A stretch of DNA of 64,000 nt from Octopus sinensis (taxonomy: Eukaryota): contig NC_043012.1 in NCBI RefSeq assembly GCF_006345805.1, forward strand, positions 44,144,001 to 44,208,000, read 5' to 3'. The position numbers and the translations under genes are program-made. This document shows, piece after piece, positions 38,513 to 51,139 of the stretch. Below the pieces are notes generated by a model. It was given only the letters and a program-made list of their open reading frames with translations. It was not told where the DNA came from and made no database searches. Each line of letters begins with the position of its first letter. Position 1 is the stretch's first letter.

Positions 38513-38769
38513 TTGCAGCGTGGAAGGTGTTTGTAAGCCATTTAAGAAACACAAAAACCGTTAGATTCACTTCAACATTTAAATTTAATTTGCCAAAATA
38601 TTTTCCTCGCTTTGAGACCGCGACCTGTTCACTGACAAAAATATCGTGCTAACGGGTCGCGGTCTCAAAGCGACGAAAATATTTTGACAAATTAAATTTA
38701 AATGTTGAAGTGAATCTAACGGTTTTTGTGTGTTTCTTAAATGGCTTATAAACACCTTCAACGCTGCAA
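38513..38769. repeat. Palindrome with arms of about 117 bp, probable inverted Penelope-like terminal repeat
   Basis: 38513-38629 is the reverse complement of 38651-38769 with few mismatches; a third single-arm copy lies at 62757-62861. Confidence 0.85.
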
Positions 38770-38927
38770 CTGTTTTCGTTCCAGCACACGATCTCAGATC
38801 AAGTCACTTGCTATGCAAGTACATCTCTGTAACTATATATATATTTATATATATATATGTATATTGGTAAAAACAGTAAGATAACAAAAGAAAGAAAGAG
38901 ACCTCAATATTATGTAAATAGAGGAAA

Positions 38928-39322
38928 TCTTTATATATAAAAGTGAGGTTGTGTGTCTGTCTCCTACGATTTAGATTCCTAACTACTCCCACATTTTGCG
39001 GTACAGTTTAACCAAAACCGGGTATCTTATAGTCGTGATTCATATCGAGCCCGTCTGGGTATTAGCGCGCGTCTACGATGAGTCTACGATTTAAAAAAAA
39101 ATTTACCATCAATTTTTCCCATTTTTAATCCATTTTTGACATATATAAGGGAAGTAACTCTCTAAAATTTATTATTAAATCTCAGAACGTAAAAAGCTAC
39201 AGTAACACCCCTCCCCCTTTGTGGTTAACCATATTGAGATGGCTATTATACTTTACATCTCTAAAAATGCTTATATAATTATTTCCCTAACAAACCCGAG
39301 CAACGCCGGGCGATACTGCTAG
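38928..39322 (+). mobile_element. Complete non-autonomous Helitron (395 bp)
   Basis: A|TC 5' end, CCCGAGC-AAC-GCCGGG hairpin, CTAG|T 3' end, no TSD. Confidence 0.85.
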
Positions 39323-39874
39323 TTATTTACTATAGATATAGCATAAAGCTAATAAAACGCAGGACTAACACGCCCATCGTCTCTAATTAGTCTGGCAGAA
39401 GCACGCCTCAATATATACAGCTGAATATTGCTGAAATGTCATGCCAGACAGGTTAGCCAAATGAAATAGCTCAACCATGAATAGAAGCTCGACATGCTGG
39501 GATTCATTTTGAAAATATTTAATTGCTTAGTCAGACAAAAAAGAACAACTTACATAACCCTTATCCCTTTTTAGCGACCCCGTAACTAGTGGGAAAAAAG
39601 GAAGGAAGTTATTTTCAGGTGAGAGGTATTGCTTGAATGCTTACAGTAGAGCTGATACGGCTAAAAGCACCTAAAGGACCACATCCAATGATAAACTGAA
39701 CAACGGTTTAGGTCTACCACCTAGTCTAAAGTTTTATTATTAAATTATCTGTACTGTAGCACTGGCACTTAATGAATTTACTGAATACAAATGAGGGAAA
39801 TATTTGTAAGGATTAAAGGTTGTGAGATTTGTTGCGCATTGCAGAAACTCTGTGTGTGTGCGCGCGTTATCCAT

Positions 39875-39928
<54 letters not shown>

Positions 39929-39935
39929 TATATAT

Positions 39936-39970
<35 letters not shown>

Positions 39971-40358
39971 TGCATACACACAGATACATGCATATACACA
40001 CTGCTGCTGCTAATGTACTGGTTTATGTACAAATATTTATTTTGGCACAAGACATAAATGAAATATTTGATACAACTAAACGAGAAAAACCTGTTCAATC
40101 CGAATGAATATTGGGTTGTATGTCGTCAGGTAAGGTATTTAGCCTACGTAAACTATTTGCATTTCGCGCTCACATATGTGGTTGGTCTTTTATATAAGAT
40201 GTATTTTAAAGAAAATTATTAAATGACCTCTTTTAAAGAATTGCTGTGATACATCACCATTTACAGACCGCTATTTAGAAATTTCAATAAACCAGAAATC
40301 ATTATATCAAGATAAAGAAGTTGCATTTAATAAGCAAATAAATAGCTACTAATAACAT

Positions 40359-40552
40359 TGGTTTCAAAATCTGGCATAAGGCCATCAGTTTCGAGGAAGG
40401 GGTCAAGTTGATTACCTCAACCCCCAGTGCTCAATGGTACTTATTTTTTCGACCCCGAAAATATGAAAGGCAAAGTCCACCTTGGTAGAATTTGAAATTA
40501 AAACACGACAGACGAAATGCCAGGTTTGCTAACGATTCTGCCAGCTCGCCGC
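40359..40552 (-). mobile_element. SINE family S2
   Basis: Reverse-complement homology to S2. Confidence 0.8.
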
Positions 40553-40744
40553 TGTATAGCTAGTGGGACAACGAAACCGTTATGCATGCACTTGCTCAGT
40601 GGCCGAGTACTGCTGACACGTGGAGTTAATGTTGAACAGTTTCTATCACATGCAGCGGGGAATCCGCTATCGAAGCCCACTGAAGACTGCCTTCCTTTAG
40701 CCAGGAACTGCGCCCAACCATTATCTACCTGGGGGCTTTGGCGA

Positions 40745-40925
40745 AAGAAATTGTGTAGTGGAAGGGATTGAAAGGGCTGGAGGTAAACACATTCCTCTGT
40801 GGCCAAGCCGTCATAATTTTTTACAAGTTTCAATTGAAAAGGCACACGAGGTAATGTGTGAAGTGCTTCCTCTCAGCAAATTTGTTGAAAGATGGATGAG
40901 AGTAGTGAGCATGGCCGAGTGAATT
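40745..40925 (+). pseudogene. L1/Tx1-like 3' fragment related to 18700-18808
   Basis: Shared AAGTTT.A.TTGAAAAGG ... AGCAAATTTGTTGAAAG.TGGATGA ... ATGGCC segment. Confidence 0.55.
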
Positions 40926-41149
40926 GGCCAGCTCTGAGCATGAGCCAGTAGACTGAGGAAAAACAGCTTGCAGAGGGCACGTGTCTTAGTAAGTGAAGGT
41001 GATTGAAGTTGATAACGGCCCCTTACTGCTTCCCTTTCTGTGCCTTACATAGACAAGACTTCCCTTAAAATCCTTGGGTTGTCTTCTGCATTGTCTTCTG
41101 CATGACCTGTGACCTTGCATCAATTCTAATTTTATTTACAGTTCTCGAA

Positions 41150-41870
41150 ACTAACCAATATGCATCCCAGTACTCCGATCACCACTAGAATCTCTAAAAA
41201 CCGTTTTCATCCCCCACAACTTTCCAACCTCTTCCTTCAGTGACTCATATTTTTCCACCTTTTCATGCCCTTTATCTTTCACTCTACAATCTCCTGAGAT
41301 AGAGATATCAATAATTAGGGTCCCTTTTCCTTTTTTGCTGACAACTTCAATGTCTAGCATTCCTGCATTAATCATTCTATCACATTGAATGGTGAAGTCT
41401 CACAAAAGCTTAAACTTGCTTTTCTCTAACACCCCTTCTAGTTTCTGCTCATATCATTTAACTGCTTTGGCAAACCCACATTTCTCAGATATCATCCAGT
41501 AGATATATCGGGCAACATTATCATGTCGTCTTTTGTACTCTCGCTTGTGCCAACTTAGCACATTCGGTTGCATAATTGTTGACCATTTCTTCTCTTCTGC
41601 TACACATTCTGCATAATGGTGATTCTTTCATTTTGTCAACCTGATATTTATTGTACGGGCGCTGCTCACCAGAGCAGTACATCTTTTCAGTACATCTTTT
41701 CAGATCGCCACTTCTAAGCCACGATCAACTTTTATCCCAATCAATGCCATCTTTATCCCCAATGTACTGTCTGTGTATATGTTCCATTCCTTTTCAAGTT
41801 CTTTTTTTCACTTTCTTCTTACATTCATTCAGTGTTAATGCATCAGCAGATTTTCAGTGTTGAGGTCTTT
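41150..41870 (-). pseudogene. R4/Dong-clade family B C-terminal fragment
   Basis: Broken frames give SWLRSGDLKRCTE, SPLCRMCSRREE...ECAKLAQ, REYKRRHDNVARYIYW and IIDISISGDCRVKDKGHEKVEKYESL; clearly distinct from family A. Confidence 0.8.
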
Positions 41871-42071
41871 TAATTTTGACATGATGGAACTCATTTTTAA
41901 AGTACTAAGCTTTGTGGCTTTCTTCGCTACTGACACAATTTTCACAACTTATTAGTCATCTAGCTCCTTTCTTTCTTTCGGCATACAGTTATTATTATCA
42001 ACTAGCAGAATCGTTAGCACGCAGGACGAAATGCTTTACGGCATTTCGCTATGTTCTAAGTTCAAATTCTA

Positions 42072-45000
42072 AGTGCAGTCTTGGTAGGCATTGATCTTGG
42101 GCTGCTATGATAAACCCTTTTGTTTCTGATTTTATGCCAGAAGACACTAACCATAGATGGGTAAGGGTTTTGTCAACATTGGCACTATTAGCTCTTTTGG
42201 GGTATTTGCCATTGAGAGGTTTTTCTTGCCATTTATCAGTAAGAAGATCTAAGGCAGCAGTTTTAGCACGGATTTTCATACGCTTAGCTTTTTCTGTGTT
42301 TGTTTCTAGAACGTCTAATGCTGAATTTTTTTGTATTTAGAATTCACTTAGATATTCCTTTGCCTGTTGTGTTACTGAGTATGATACTTACTCGTTTTCA
42401 TGCTTTGAGACAAGTTTTAACATCAAATCCTCAGAGTGTTTCAGGTAGGTGTCTAGGCCAATTGTGGCAATCTTCATTGTTAATCCCAGTTGTAAAAGTC
42501 CACAGCCACCCTCTTTTCTTGGCAGGTAAAATCTTTCTATACCTGCCTTAGGGTGGTGCATTCTAAGCAATGTCAACAATTTTCGTATTTTTCTGTCAAG
42601 ATCACATATTTCAGTAATTGACCAGTTAATGATATTGAAACTGTAAGTCACAACTGGTATGGCTAAAGTACTGATCGCTTCGATCTTGTTTCTTGTATTC
42701 AGCTCTGTCTTGAGTATTGTCCTAACCCTGCGATAACATTCTCTTCTGATCCTTTCCCTCATCACTGATATTTGATTCCGTCCCCTTCGAATACCCCTAG
42801 GTATTTGTAGCTCTCCACTGGTTCTAATTCCTTTATGACATTCTGCTAGTCAAGATTAACATTAGATGTTTTTGTCATTTTGCCTCTGATAGAGGTAGCT
42901 TTTACACATTTATCGACGCCAAATTTCATCCTGACATCATCTCTGAAATGTTCAAGAATCACTAGTAAGCCCTATAGCTGTTGGTCACTTTTTAAATCAT
43001 CCATGTAAATGAGATGATTTATATTTTTATCAAACATTTTATAACCTTATTGTACATCATTGAACAATTTCGAGAGATGTATTAAGGCTAGACAAAAGTG
43101 GAGTGGTGATAGAGAGTCATCCAGGAAAATGTCTCAAGAAATACTTACATCCCCAGCATTGAGAGATTCATTGTCACTGTTCAATGTCAGTGTGGTTCTC
43201 CATGATCTCATACTTACAGACAAGAAGTTTCGCAGAGTAGGTGCTATTTTATACATTTCCAGACATTTCTTAATCCAGCTATGTGGTAGGATATCAAAAG
43301 CTTTTTTATAGTCTATCCAGGCTATCAACCAGTTCTTGTGTCGTTTGTGACAATCTTCCAAGATCATCTTATTGATAAGTAGCTGATCTTTACAACCATC
43401 CTTTTTGCTCATTAGGGAATATGCCACTTTCTATTAAAAAAAAAACTATAGGTATATTTAGTCAAGACAGATGTTAATATTTTATACATTGTTGTTAAGC
43501 AGGTTATGAGTCTATAATTTTTTGGTTTATTTGTTTTTTCATTTTTTGGAAGTAGGAATGTTACACCATTAACTAGCCAAGAGAGAATCATACTAGGTTG
43601 TTTGTAAAACATTGTTGTAAAGTTTTCCTAGCAGTTCATGACTCTTTGTTAAGGCATTCAACCAGAAGTTAGGAATTTTATCCTTTCCTGGAGACTTCCA
43701 CTTGCTTGCCTTCCTGAGAGCAGATCTTACATCCTCTACCTTTACACCCTCCCACTTTTGCTCTTTTAAGGAGTTTACGTCTGTAGATATCCTATCAATC
43801 CAAGGGGCCTCTTCATTGTTTTTTCTTCTGCCCTAATTTTATTCCAAAATTGCTGCAGTTCTTTTGATGGGACAGACTTTACTGTAACTGGTATTTTCCC
43901 TATCTTCCTGTATAAGCGCGCTTTTCATACTTTGCTATGCGGGCAGCTTTAGCACATACCTTTTGCATGTTGGTTTCTATGGTGGTAGCGATGTCAAATA
44001 TGGTTTTCATATATTTTTTTCTTTAATTTTCGGATTTTTGTTAGTTTGATTGTCTTGTCAAACTTAAAGTTTTTTAAACACTCTATGTCAGACCTAAGTA
44101 GCTTAATTTGGTGTTGAATACGCTCTCGCCAAGTAGGCTTTTTGTGGAAATGTCGTTTTCTAATATTTTCACCACATAGAAACGTTGAGATTTTGGCGGA
44201 TGCATAGTACAGGTGGTTGAGATCTGTAATATCAACATCATTAGCTGAAATTATATTCTTAAGTGCAAGGAAGATTGTACCAATTATTTTCAGGTTTTGG
44301 TTAGAATTGCGAATTTTTGGAAGATTGTCGCGTTCATTGTTATTGGTTTCTTTAATTTTCAGTCATTCAAGCATGATTTGACTTTTTAGCTCATGTAGCT
44401 CCGTTAGGTCAATTTTTGTGTGACTTTCTTCTTCCATTTGATTTTCATCTGCCTTAGTGTTTATGGTTGGTTCAGAGAATATTTCACTTTGCCTTTCAAT
44501 TACATTAACTCTTTCAATCCTTACTGCGTTTTCATCAGCCCTGAGCTGGTCTATAATTATTTCCTCTGTAGTATCTTCTTTAGCTACAGCTTCATTCTTT
44601 TTATCCTCTACTGCTTGTTTAATTTGGTCAATCTCTACTTCAGCCAGTAATTTTTTTTCATAATGTTTCTTCCGACGTTGGCAAGTTTGTTACTGTCTAT
44701 GTAGGGTCTTCTTTTAGGGTGTTTCCGTCTCCAGTTTAAGTAGGTTTGTACAGTGTTAGATTTATCTGTGGGGAAATATATGGCATGGTAGAAGGCCGTA
44801 AAAACTTCTTTATTATCTTCCCTAGACCGTTTTCATTCTTTTTCTTTTGGTTATTTGATGAGGAGCATGGATGGCCATCTGTTGGAATATTCGGTTGTGG
44901 GGTACTTCCAGCGCCTGTGTTTCGTGGGGATTTGAACCGGTAACTGATTTTTTTGTAATCGAATCTAGTTCAACATTCGATTACGCGGTCCTTGGTGTTC

Positions 45001-45290
45001 CGGCTGACGACTGATCCGGTTTGTATTTTGCTTTGTTATCATAGAGACATGGCGAGCTTGGACGTTGACATTAGGGGACGGATCTATCTGTTTAAGGTTA
45101 ATTTTTTTGAGACATCACCGCCTCCGAGTTCTCTGCATGTAAACATTGCTCTTAACATAGCTTCCTAAGGCTAACAGATCTGTATTCGTCTGCAGTTTTT
45201 TGTTGATAGATTTATCTCCGGGCATAGTTTTTTGTGGTGTTTTTTAAACTTATGAATTGCTCACTCTGTCTGTGTTAGTTGGAAAAATTA
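42072..45290 (-). mobile_element. Decayed R4/Dong family A copy 2, 3' portion missing
   Basis: Collinear with 28080-31350, with many indels and stops; ends at IIAAQDQCLP against an S2 SINE fragment (about 42000-42070). Confidence 0.9.
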
Positions 45291-45769
45291 AAAAAACTGT
45301 TTTGTTTTTGTTTTTGCTTCGTTTGTGACACTGTTTTCATATGCGTGAATATGTGTCCTGTAAATTTCACGTAATTGTGTAAAAATTGGAATGTATATAT
45401 GGTCCTATGGGTATTAAAATGTATATATGATTGTGTAGACATTCGAGTGTATGCATAATTACTTAACTTATGTACTTACTGTTTTGTTCCATTTATATTT
45501 TATAATTTGTAAACATTCCGATGTTAATTCACTGAGACATCGTGCATAAGAGAAATTGTGCTTTGTATGGCAGTAAAATTTCATTTTTGTGATTATTTTC
45601 GTTAAAAGACCGCTTCCTTCTAGTCTTCCACAGGTTTCTTTATCCCATTCCACCGATGTTATTAGATTAGATTTGTTTTTGAATGTAGAGCCCAGTGTAG
45701 CACATCCCTGTTGTTATTCAGCGCGGAACTCTCTTCTTCTTCTTCTGCTTATTATTATTATTATTATTA

Positions 45770-45804
<35 letters not shown>

Positions 45805-45814
45805 TATTATTATT

Positions 45815-46318
45815 ATCATTGAGTGAGAGAGCAGTTCATGCCATCAAAGTGACACTGGGGTAAAATATACGAAGCCCAATATACCCATCATGACTACCCG
45901 TCTGATAAAGGTACACCAGGCACATGCATCACAACCATATGTGTGCGACATGGTGATCTCATATCAAGATAAACAGCACATGACCTTGCAGGTGGGGCCC
46001 AGTTAGAATTTTCTTCAGGTTGAGTAGCCCATCCCGCTCAAAAGGTCCCTGAATAAGGGTTGTTTAAGGATGTTGAAAGAACCACCCATGTTTCCAGAGG
46101 TGAACTATTCAAACCCCAAAGAATCCCTCTCAACACATGGCTATGATGCTCCCCCACTACTTCTGCTCGTGATCAGAGATGCACATATCGTCAGCCACTA
46201 AGGGACATGCTCAACTGGTTACGGTCAAACAACTGACAAGCAAATCTGTGGTATTAAGCAGAATATTTGCTGTAGCCCATCTTTTATACCAAGGCAAAAC
46301 AATGTACATGATAACACT
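45815..46318 (-). mobile_element. ORF-less interspersed repeat embedded in (TAA)n, copy 2
   Basis: About 500 bp flanked on both sides by long (ATT)n; homologous to 26700-27115. Confidence 0.82.
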
Positions 46319-46342
46319 TTATTATTATTGTTATTATTATTA

Positions 46343-46390
<48 letters not shown>

Positions 46391-46391
<1 letters not shown>

Positions 46392-48535
46392 TAGCAAATC
46401 TACCCATCTACGATGGAGGCATAAAATGAGGGAGGAAAATCATAGCAGCAGTATGTATTGAAAAGTTCGTAAATGGGTTTTAATATCAATGTGATTACAA
46501 AACTTCTTTGTGGACGATATTTTGTGTGTGATCGACACTAATTTTCAAGTTACTGGAGTCCGTTGCTCTACTAACAGCGACTTATAACTGGCCGTGTGTA
46601 AACATTGGAGTGGGTAAAAATACACCTGCACGATCTAAAGTCTGGCCCTGTGCCTTATTTGCTGTGAATGAAGATACCAGTTTTATAGGAAATTGCCTGC
46701 GTCTTAATTAGAACGGAAGCTGGTTATCGGTTGGTATAAGGGGTGTCCGCGGAATGAACAGGTGTTTACCATTGTGGTGGCCAGTTGCAATCACTGCTTC
46801 GATAACATTAGATAACTTTAGAATTTCGTTCTGCTACAGTGTATCTGTTCTATTTCAGTGTCTATTGGCTGGATCAAAATACTTGAGGAGCATTATCGCA
46901 CAGTTCTTTTTCAATTTGATTTATTTTATGGAGTGGCGATCCCGATGGATTTAAGTTCTTCAAGATTTAAGTTCTTCAAGAAACGACTAACACGTTTAAT
47001 AACGGCTAGAATCTGCTTCCAGTTGCCTACAAAAAGAACACATACTCCTCCAAACAGGGATTCGTTCGCTCTGATATCGCATAGGGAACGATCCAAGCAT
47101 TCGTATATGAGTTTGTCACCTTGGCTGACTTCATCAACAATTATTAGAATGGTCATTCGGAAGAGTTGCGCAGTTGCATCCTGAGATGACACATTGCAAC
47201 AGGACTCTGGCGTTATATTTATGAGCACTTTGAACCGAGAATGAAATGTCCGGTCATTGTGCAGCAATGTTACCGCAACCTCAGACAGAGCCGTGGCGAG
47301 TACGACTTTTCTCTCCGAGCGTAGAAAATCTATGATGGGATTGATAAGATATGTTTTGCCAGTTCCACCACTCGCGCTCAAGGCAAAAACCTTGTTTTCC
47401 TGTTGTAAAACTGAGTTTACAACCATAGTTGTGCTTTTGGTCAGTATTTAGAGTATTGTAGATGTCAGTAGACACTGTTCGAAGACACTCTGTATCATAG
47501 TTACATTCTTCTGCGATAATCTTTGGCATCAGTTGACTGGTTTCGTTATATTCAGGTTGAGGCAGCTAGAAATCTCGAGCGAGGTGAAGTTCATCCCTTT
47601 ACAGACATTCCTGCAGACGAATCAATATTTTATTTTCAACGCGAGGGGTAAGATCTTTGATGTTATTTCTCTGCATGAGGTCACATCCTAGTTCAGTTTT
47701 CCACTCTTCCCAAAAGTTCATCGCATCAGATAGCTGGCAGTACATTAACATGGTGGCGAAGAAGTCGCGCAGCGAATTTTCGAAGCGAATACTGTCTGCT
47801 CCCTCCATTGCACGGTGTATTTCTTCGTCGTCCGATATCTATCCAGTTTTCATGCATGGAGCTGAAATGTTGAACATACATTTCCCTCCACGGTCGCCAA
47901 TTCATCAAAACTAGTCGCACCTTTAATATGGTGAAGGAGTACTCGAAGGTGAAAGAGTTCTGACTGATGATCACTATATGATATGGTTGGGATTCGTCCG
48001 ATAGTATCAGTTTTGACGTCACCATTATCATCCGTTGTACCTCGTTTTCGTTTTTGCCACGACTTGTATTTATTGTTCCAGATGTAATATTTAGGAAAAT
48101 CTTGGCATAAAATCTGTCGGGCTTTTTCGCCGTGTTTGTTTTCTTGAAAATAAGCTGTCAGTTTAGTTATCGGTGGTTTGCGTTCCACGGCTGCAGCAAC
48201 AGAAGTTGAATCAAATCGTACAGTCTGCTCCTTAGGTAAATGACAGGGTAGCTTTTCGACTGTAGGATACTTTTGGTGTATGAAAAATCCATACAACTTC
48301 CAGAATGCTTCACGTAAAGAGATGTATCGAGCGTTTACGAAGTTTTCTATTTCGTTTAATTCAAGAATTAGCTGTCCTGTTTCCGATGTTGAGAAAATGA
48401 TTCGATCTTGTCCTTTTCTGATGTATTTGTATAAGTACTTCACTTCTTGGACGGACTGTACGACGCTGATGTGGGTGTTGTATTTTACTGTCAGATATGG
48501 ATTGTATGGCACTATCCAAGAGTTGTCGACTTGTG
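46391..48535 (-). mobile_element. Helitron relic: RepHel fragment with PIF1-type helicase and intact 3' terminus
   Basis: VKYLYKYIRKGQDR, ASGGTGKTYL (Walker A), IIVDEVS, LFGGVCVLFVGNWKQIL, ANKAQGQTL..HGQL*VAVSR; CCATC-GTA-GATGG hairpin then CTAG|T at 46391-46394. Confidence 0.9.
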
Positions 48536-49948
48536 AAGAGGTCGATAAAATAAGTACCAGCCGAGCACTGGGGTCGATGTAATTGATTTACTACTTCTCC
48601 TGAAATTGCTGGTCTCGTGTCAAAATTTGAAAGCATCATTATTCTTCCATTTGTTTTGGCGGCTCTGAACAAATGTTCTACCTAAAAGATCGATTACAAG
48701 GACAAGAAATAGGACAATATTTAGTTGTAAATATAAACAAATTTGATTAGAAATAGTTACATGTAGCATTTAGAAAAATGTTTTTATTTACAAGTTGGGA
48801 ATAAAGTCATATATCCGACTTATTTTCTGCTGTATTATTCGTAATAGGTCGTTTCTATATTGAGTCGCAAATCTATCAAGCATGTGTTTTTGCCTCTCCT
48901 CTGACATTCAAAAGTTTAAGCAGAACATTAACCACATAAAACCTCACCCATTTATTTGTGCGTCATAGTTAAGAGGAACTTACACAGTCAATGCGCAATG
49001 ACGCTCCTCTTAATGTATTTAATAAAAGGACAGTCACAAAGTTGTATAATTGTTTGTATTTAAGAAAGAGTAAAATGTCCGAGAGAGAAAAGAACACAAT
49101 TTACAATTGTTACTAAAATGGAGGAAGAGAATCGGCATTTTGGGGTCCTTGAAAGCCATCTTATATCAGTGAAATTGATGTATTTGATACTCTTTAGGCT
49201 TAGTATTTGTAGAGAAAATATGGATAAGAAGGTGGTACAGAGAACAGAAGGGATATGCAAGCTATCTACTGCGAGCCTTGGGAAGTGAAATAACATAGAA
49301 ATGAAAAAAAGTGGGTTTACCAGAGGACTTGGAGCGGAGTTAGAATGCTGGTTAACACTTCAGAGGAGCAGAAATAACTGGAGTAGCGATTGAAAACACA
49401 TTGAAAAGAAACAATGCGCCTCCGAATTTCTTGGTTTTATTTTTGATGTTGTTGTTTAGCTCCCAGATCTTCTTGATCCAACAGTCATATTATAAAAGCT
49501 CTTTAGCTGTGACTATCGTGTCTTTTTGTCACCTTTCTTTAAAAATAATAACTGACCACGTTTCCATAAATTGGTGTAAATGCTTCTACAGAGTTTGGTG
49601 AGGAGAGAAAATAATCCTGACATGGACGGCTTGAGGGCAATAGAAAATACACGGCAAGGGGTGTTGGCCTTGGATTGAAATAATCGGAAAATTTTTCTCA
49701 CTTGTGTGTGCATAGTGTGAGACAGGTACGGCGATATGAGAAATTAGATTTTTTTTGTTGCGTATATACAACATGGAACTGGAAGTAAATGTGATGGTTT
49801 TATATGGAAGAATGTTACTTACAGAACTACCTTGACTGAGAAGTGGTGAATAAGAAAATTTTTGAAGATATTCTTTGCTGCTATGTAGAAATGAGAATGC
49901 TTATAGATCATATGATAAATGAACACGAGAGCATCCTTTTTATATATT

Positions 49949-50102
<154 letters not shown>

Positions 50103-50106
50103 ACAT

Positions 50107-50626
50107 AGCGCAGGAGTGGCTGTGTGGTAAGTAGCTTGTTTACCAACCACATGGTTCCGGGTTCAGTCCCACTGCGTGGCATCTTGGGCAAGTGTCTTCT
50201 GCTATAGCCTCGGGCCGACCAATGCCTTGTGAGTGGATTTGGTAGACGGAAACTGAAAGAAGCCTGTCGTATATATGTATATGTATATATATGTATGTGT
50301 GTGTGTGTTTGTGTGTCTGTACTTGTCCCCCTAGCATTGCTTGACAACCGATGCTGGTGTGTGTTTACGTCCCCGTCACTTAGCGGTTCGGCAAAAGAGA
50401 CCGATAGAATAAGTACTGGGCTTACAAAAGAATAAGTCCCGGGGTCGAGTTGCTCGATTAAAGGCGGTGCTCCAGCATGGCCGCAGTCAAATGACTGAAA
50501 CAAGTAAAAGAGTAAAAGAGTATAGGTCCTACTGCGTGGCACCTTGAGCAAGTGTCTTCTACTATAGCCTCGGGCCGACCAAAACCTTGTGAGTGGATTT
50601 GGTAGATGGAAACTGAAAGAAGCCTG

Positions 50627-50666
<40 letters not shown>

Positions 50667-50877
50667 TTGTGTAGCCGTGTTTGTCCCCCCACCGTCGCTT
50701 GACCCCGATGTTGATGTGTTTACGTCCCCGTAACTTAGCGGTTCGGCAAAGGTAACCGACATAATTAGTACTAGGTTTACAAAGAATAAGCCCTGGGTCG
50801 ATTTGTTCTTCGACTAAAGGCGGTGCTCCAGCATGGCCGCAGTCAAATGACTGAAACAAGTAAAAGAATAAAAGAAT
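50107..50877 (+). mobile_element. Two adjacent S1 SINEs (50107-50520 full, 50527-50877 5'-truncated)
   Basis: Both match S1 and differ from each other at many sites. Confidence 0.9.
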
Positions 50878-51139
50878 AGGTGTAAAACACGTGATGTAAA
50901 TAATTGTATATGAATAGTAGTGTGTGAACTGATTCCATCTCCTTGCTTGGCTATTTGTAATCTGTCATTTCCATAACAGATTATCCTCTCTTACAAGGTT
51001 TGTGCTTCAAGATAGTTCTCGCTGTTGTTTGAAGAAGATAATTCAACCAGGCAACCGAGAAATAATTATGGCTTTGAGATATGCAATGCCCTCAATAAAT
51101 TTCTGGCTCAGTTCGAATCAGATCTCTTCAACATATGCA

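Noticed and set aside
46165-46200. Minus-strand CTGACGA with a possible stem in the TAA-anchored element
   Set aside because: Followed by GAGC rather than GAAA, with no stem III or stem I.
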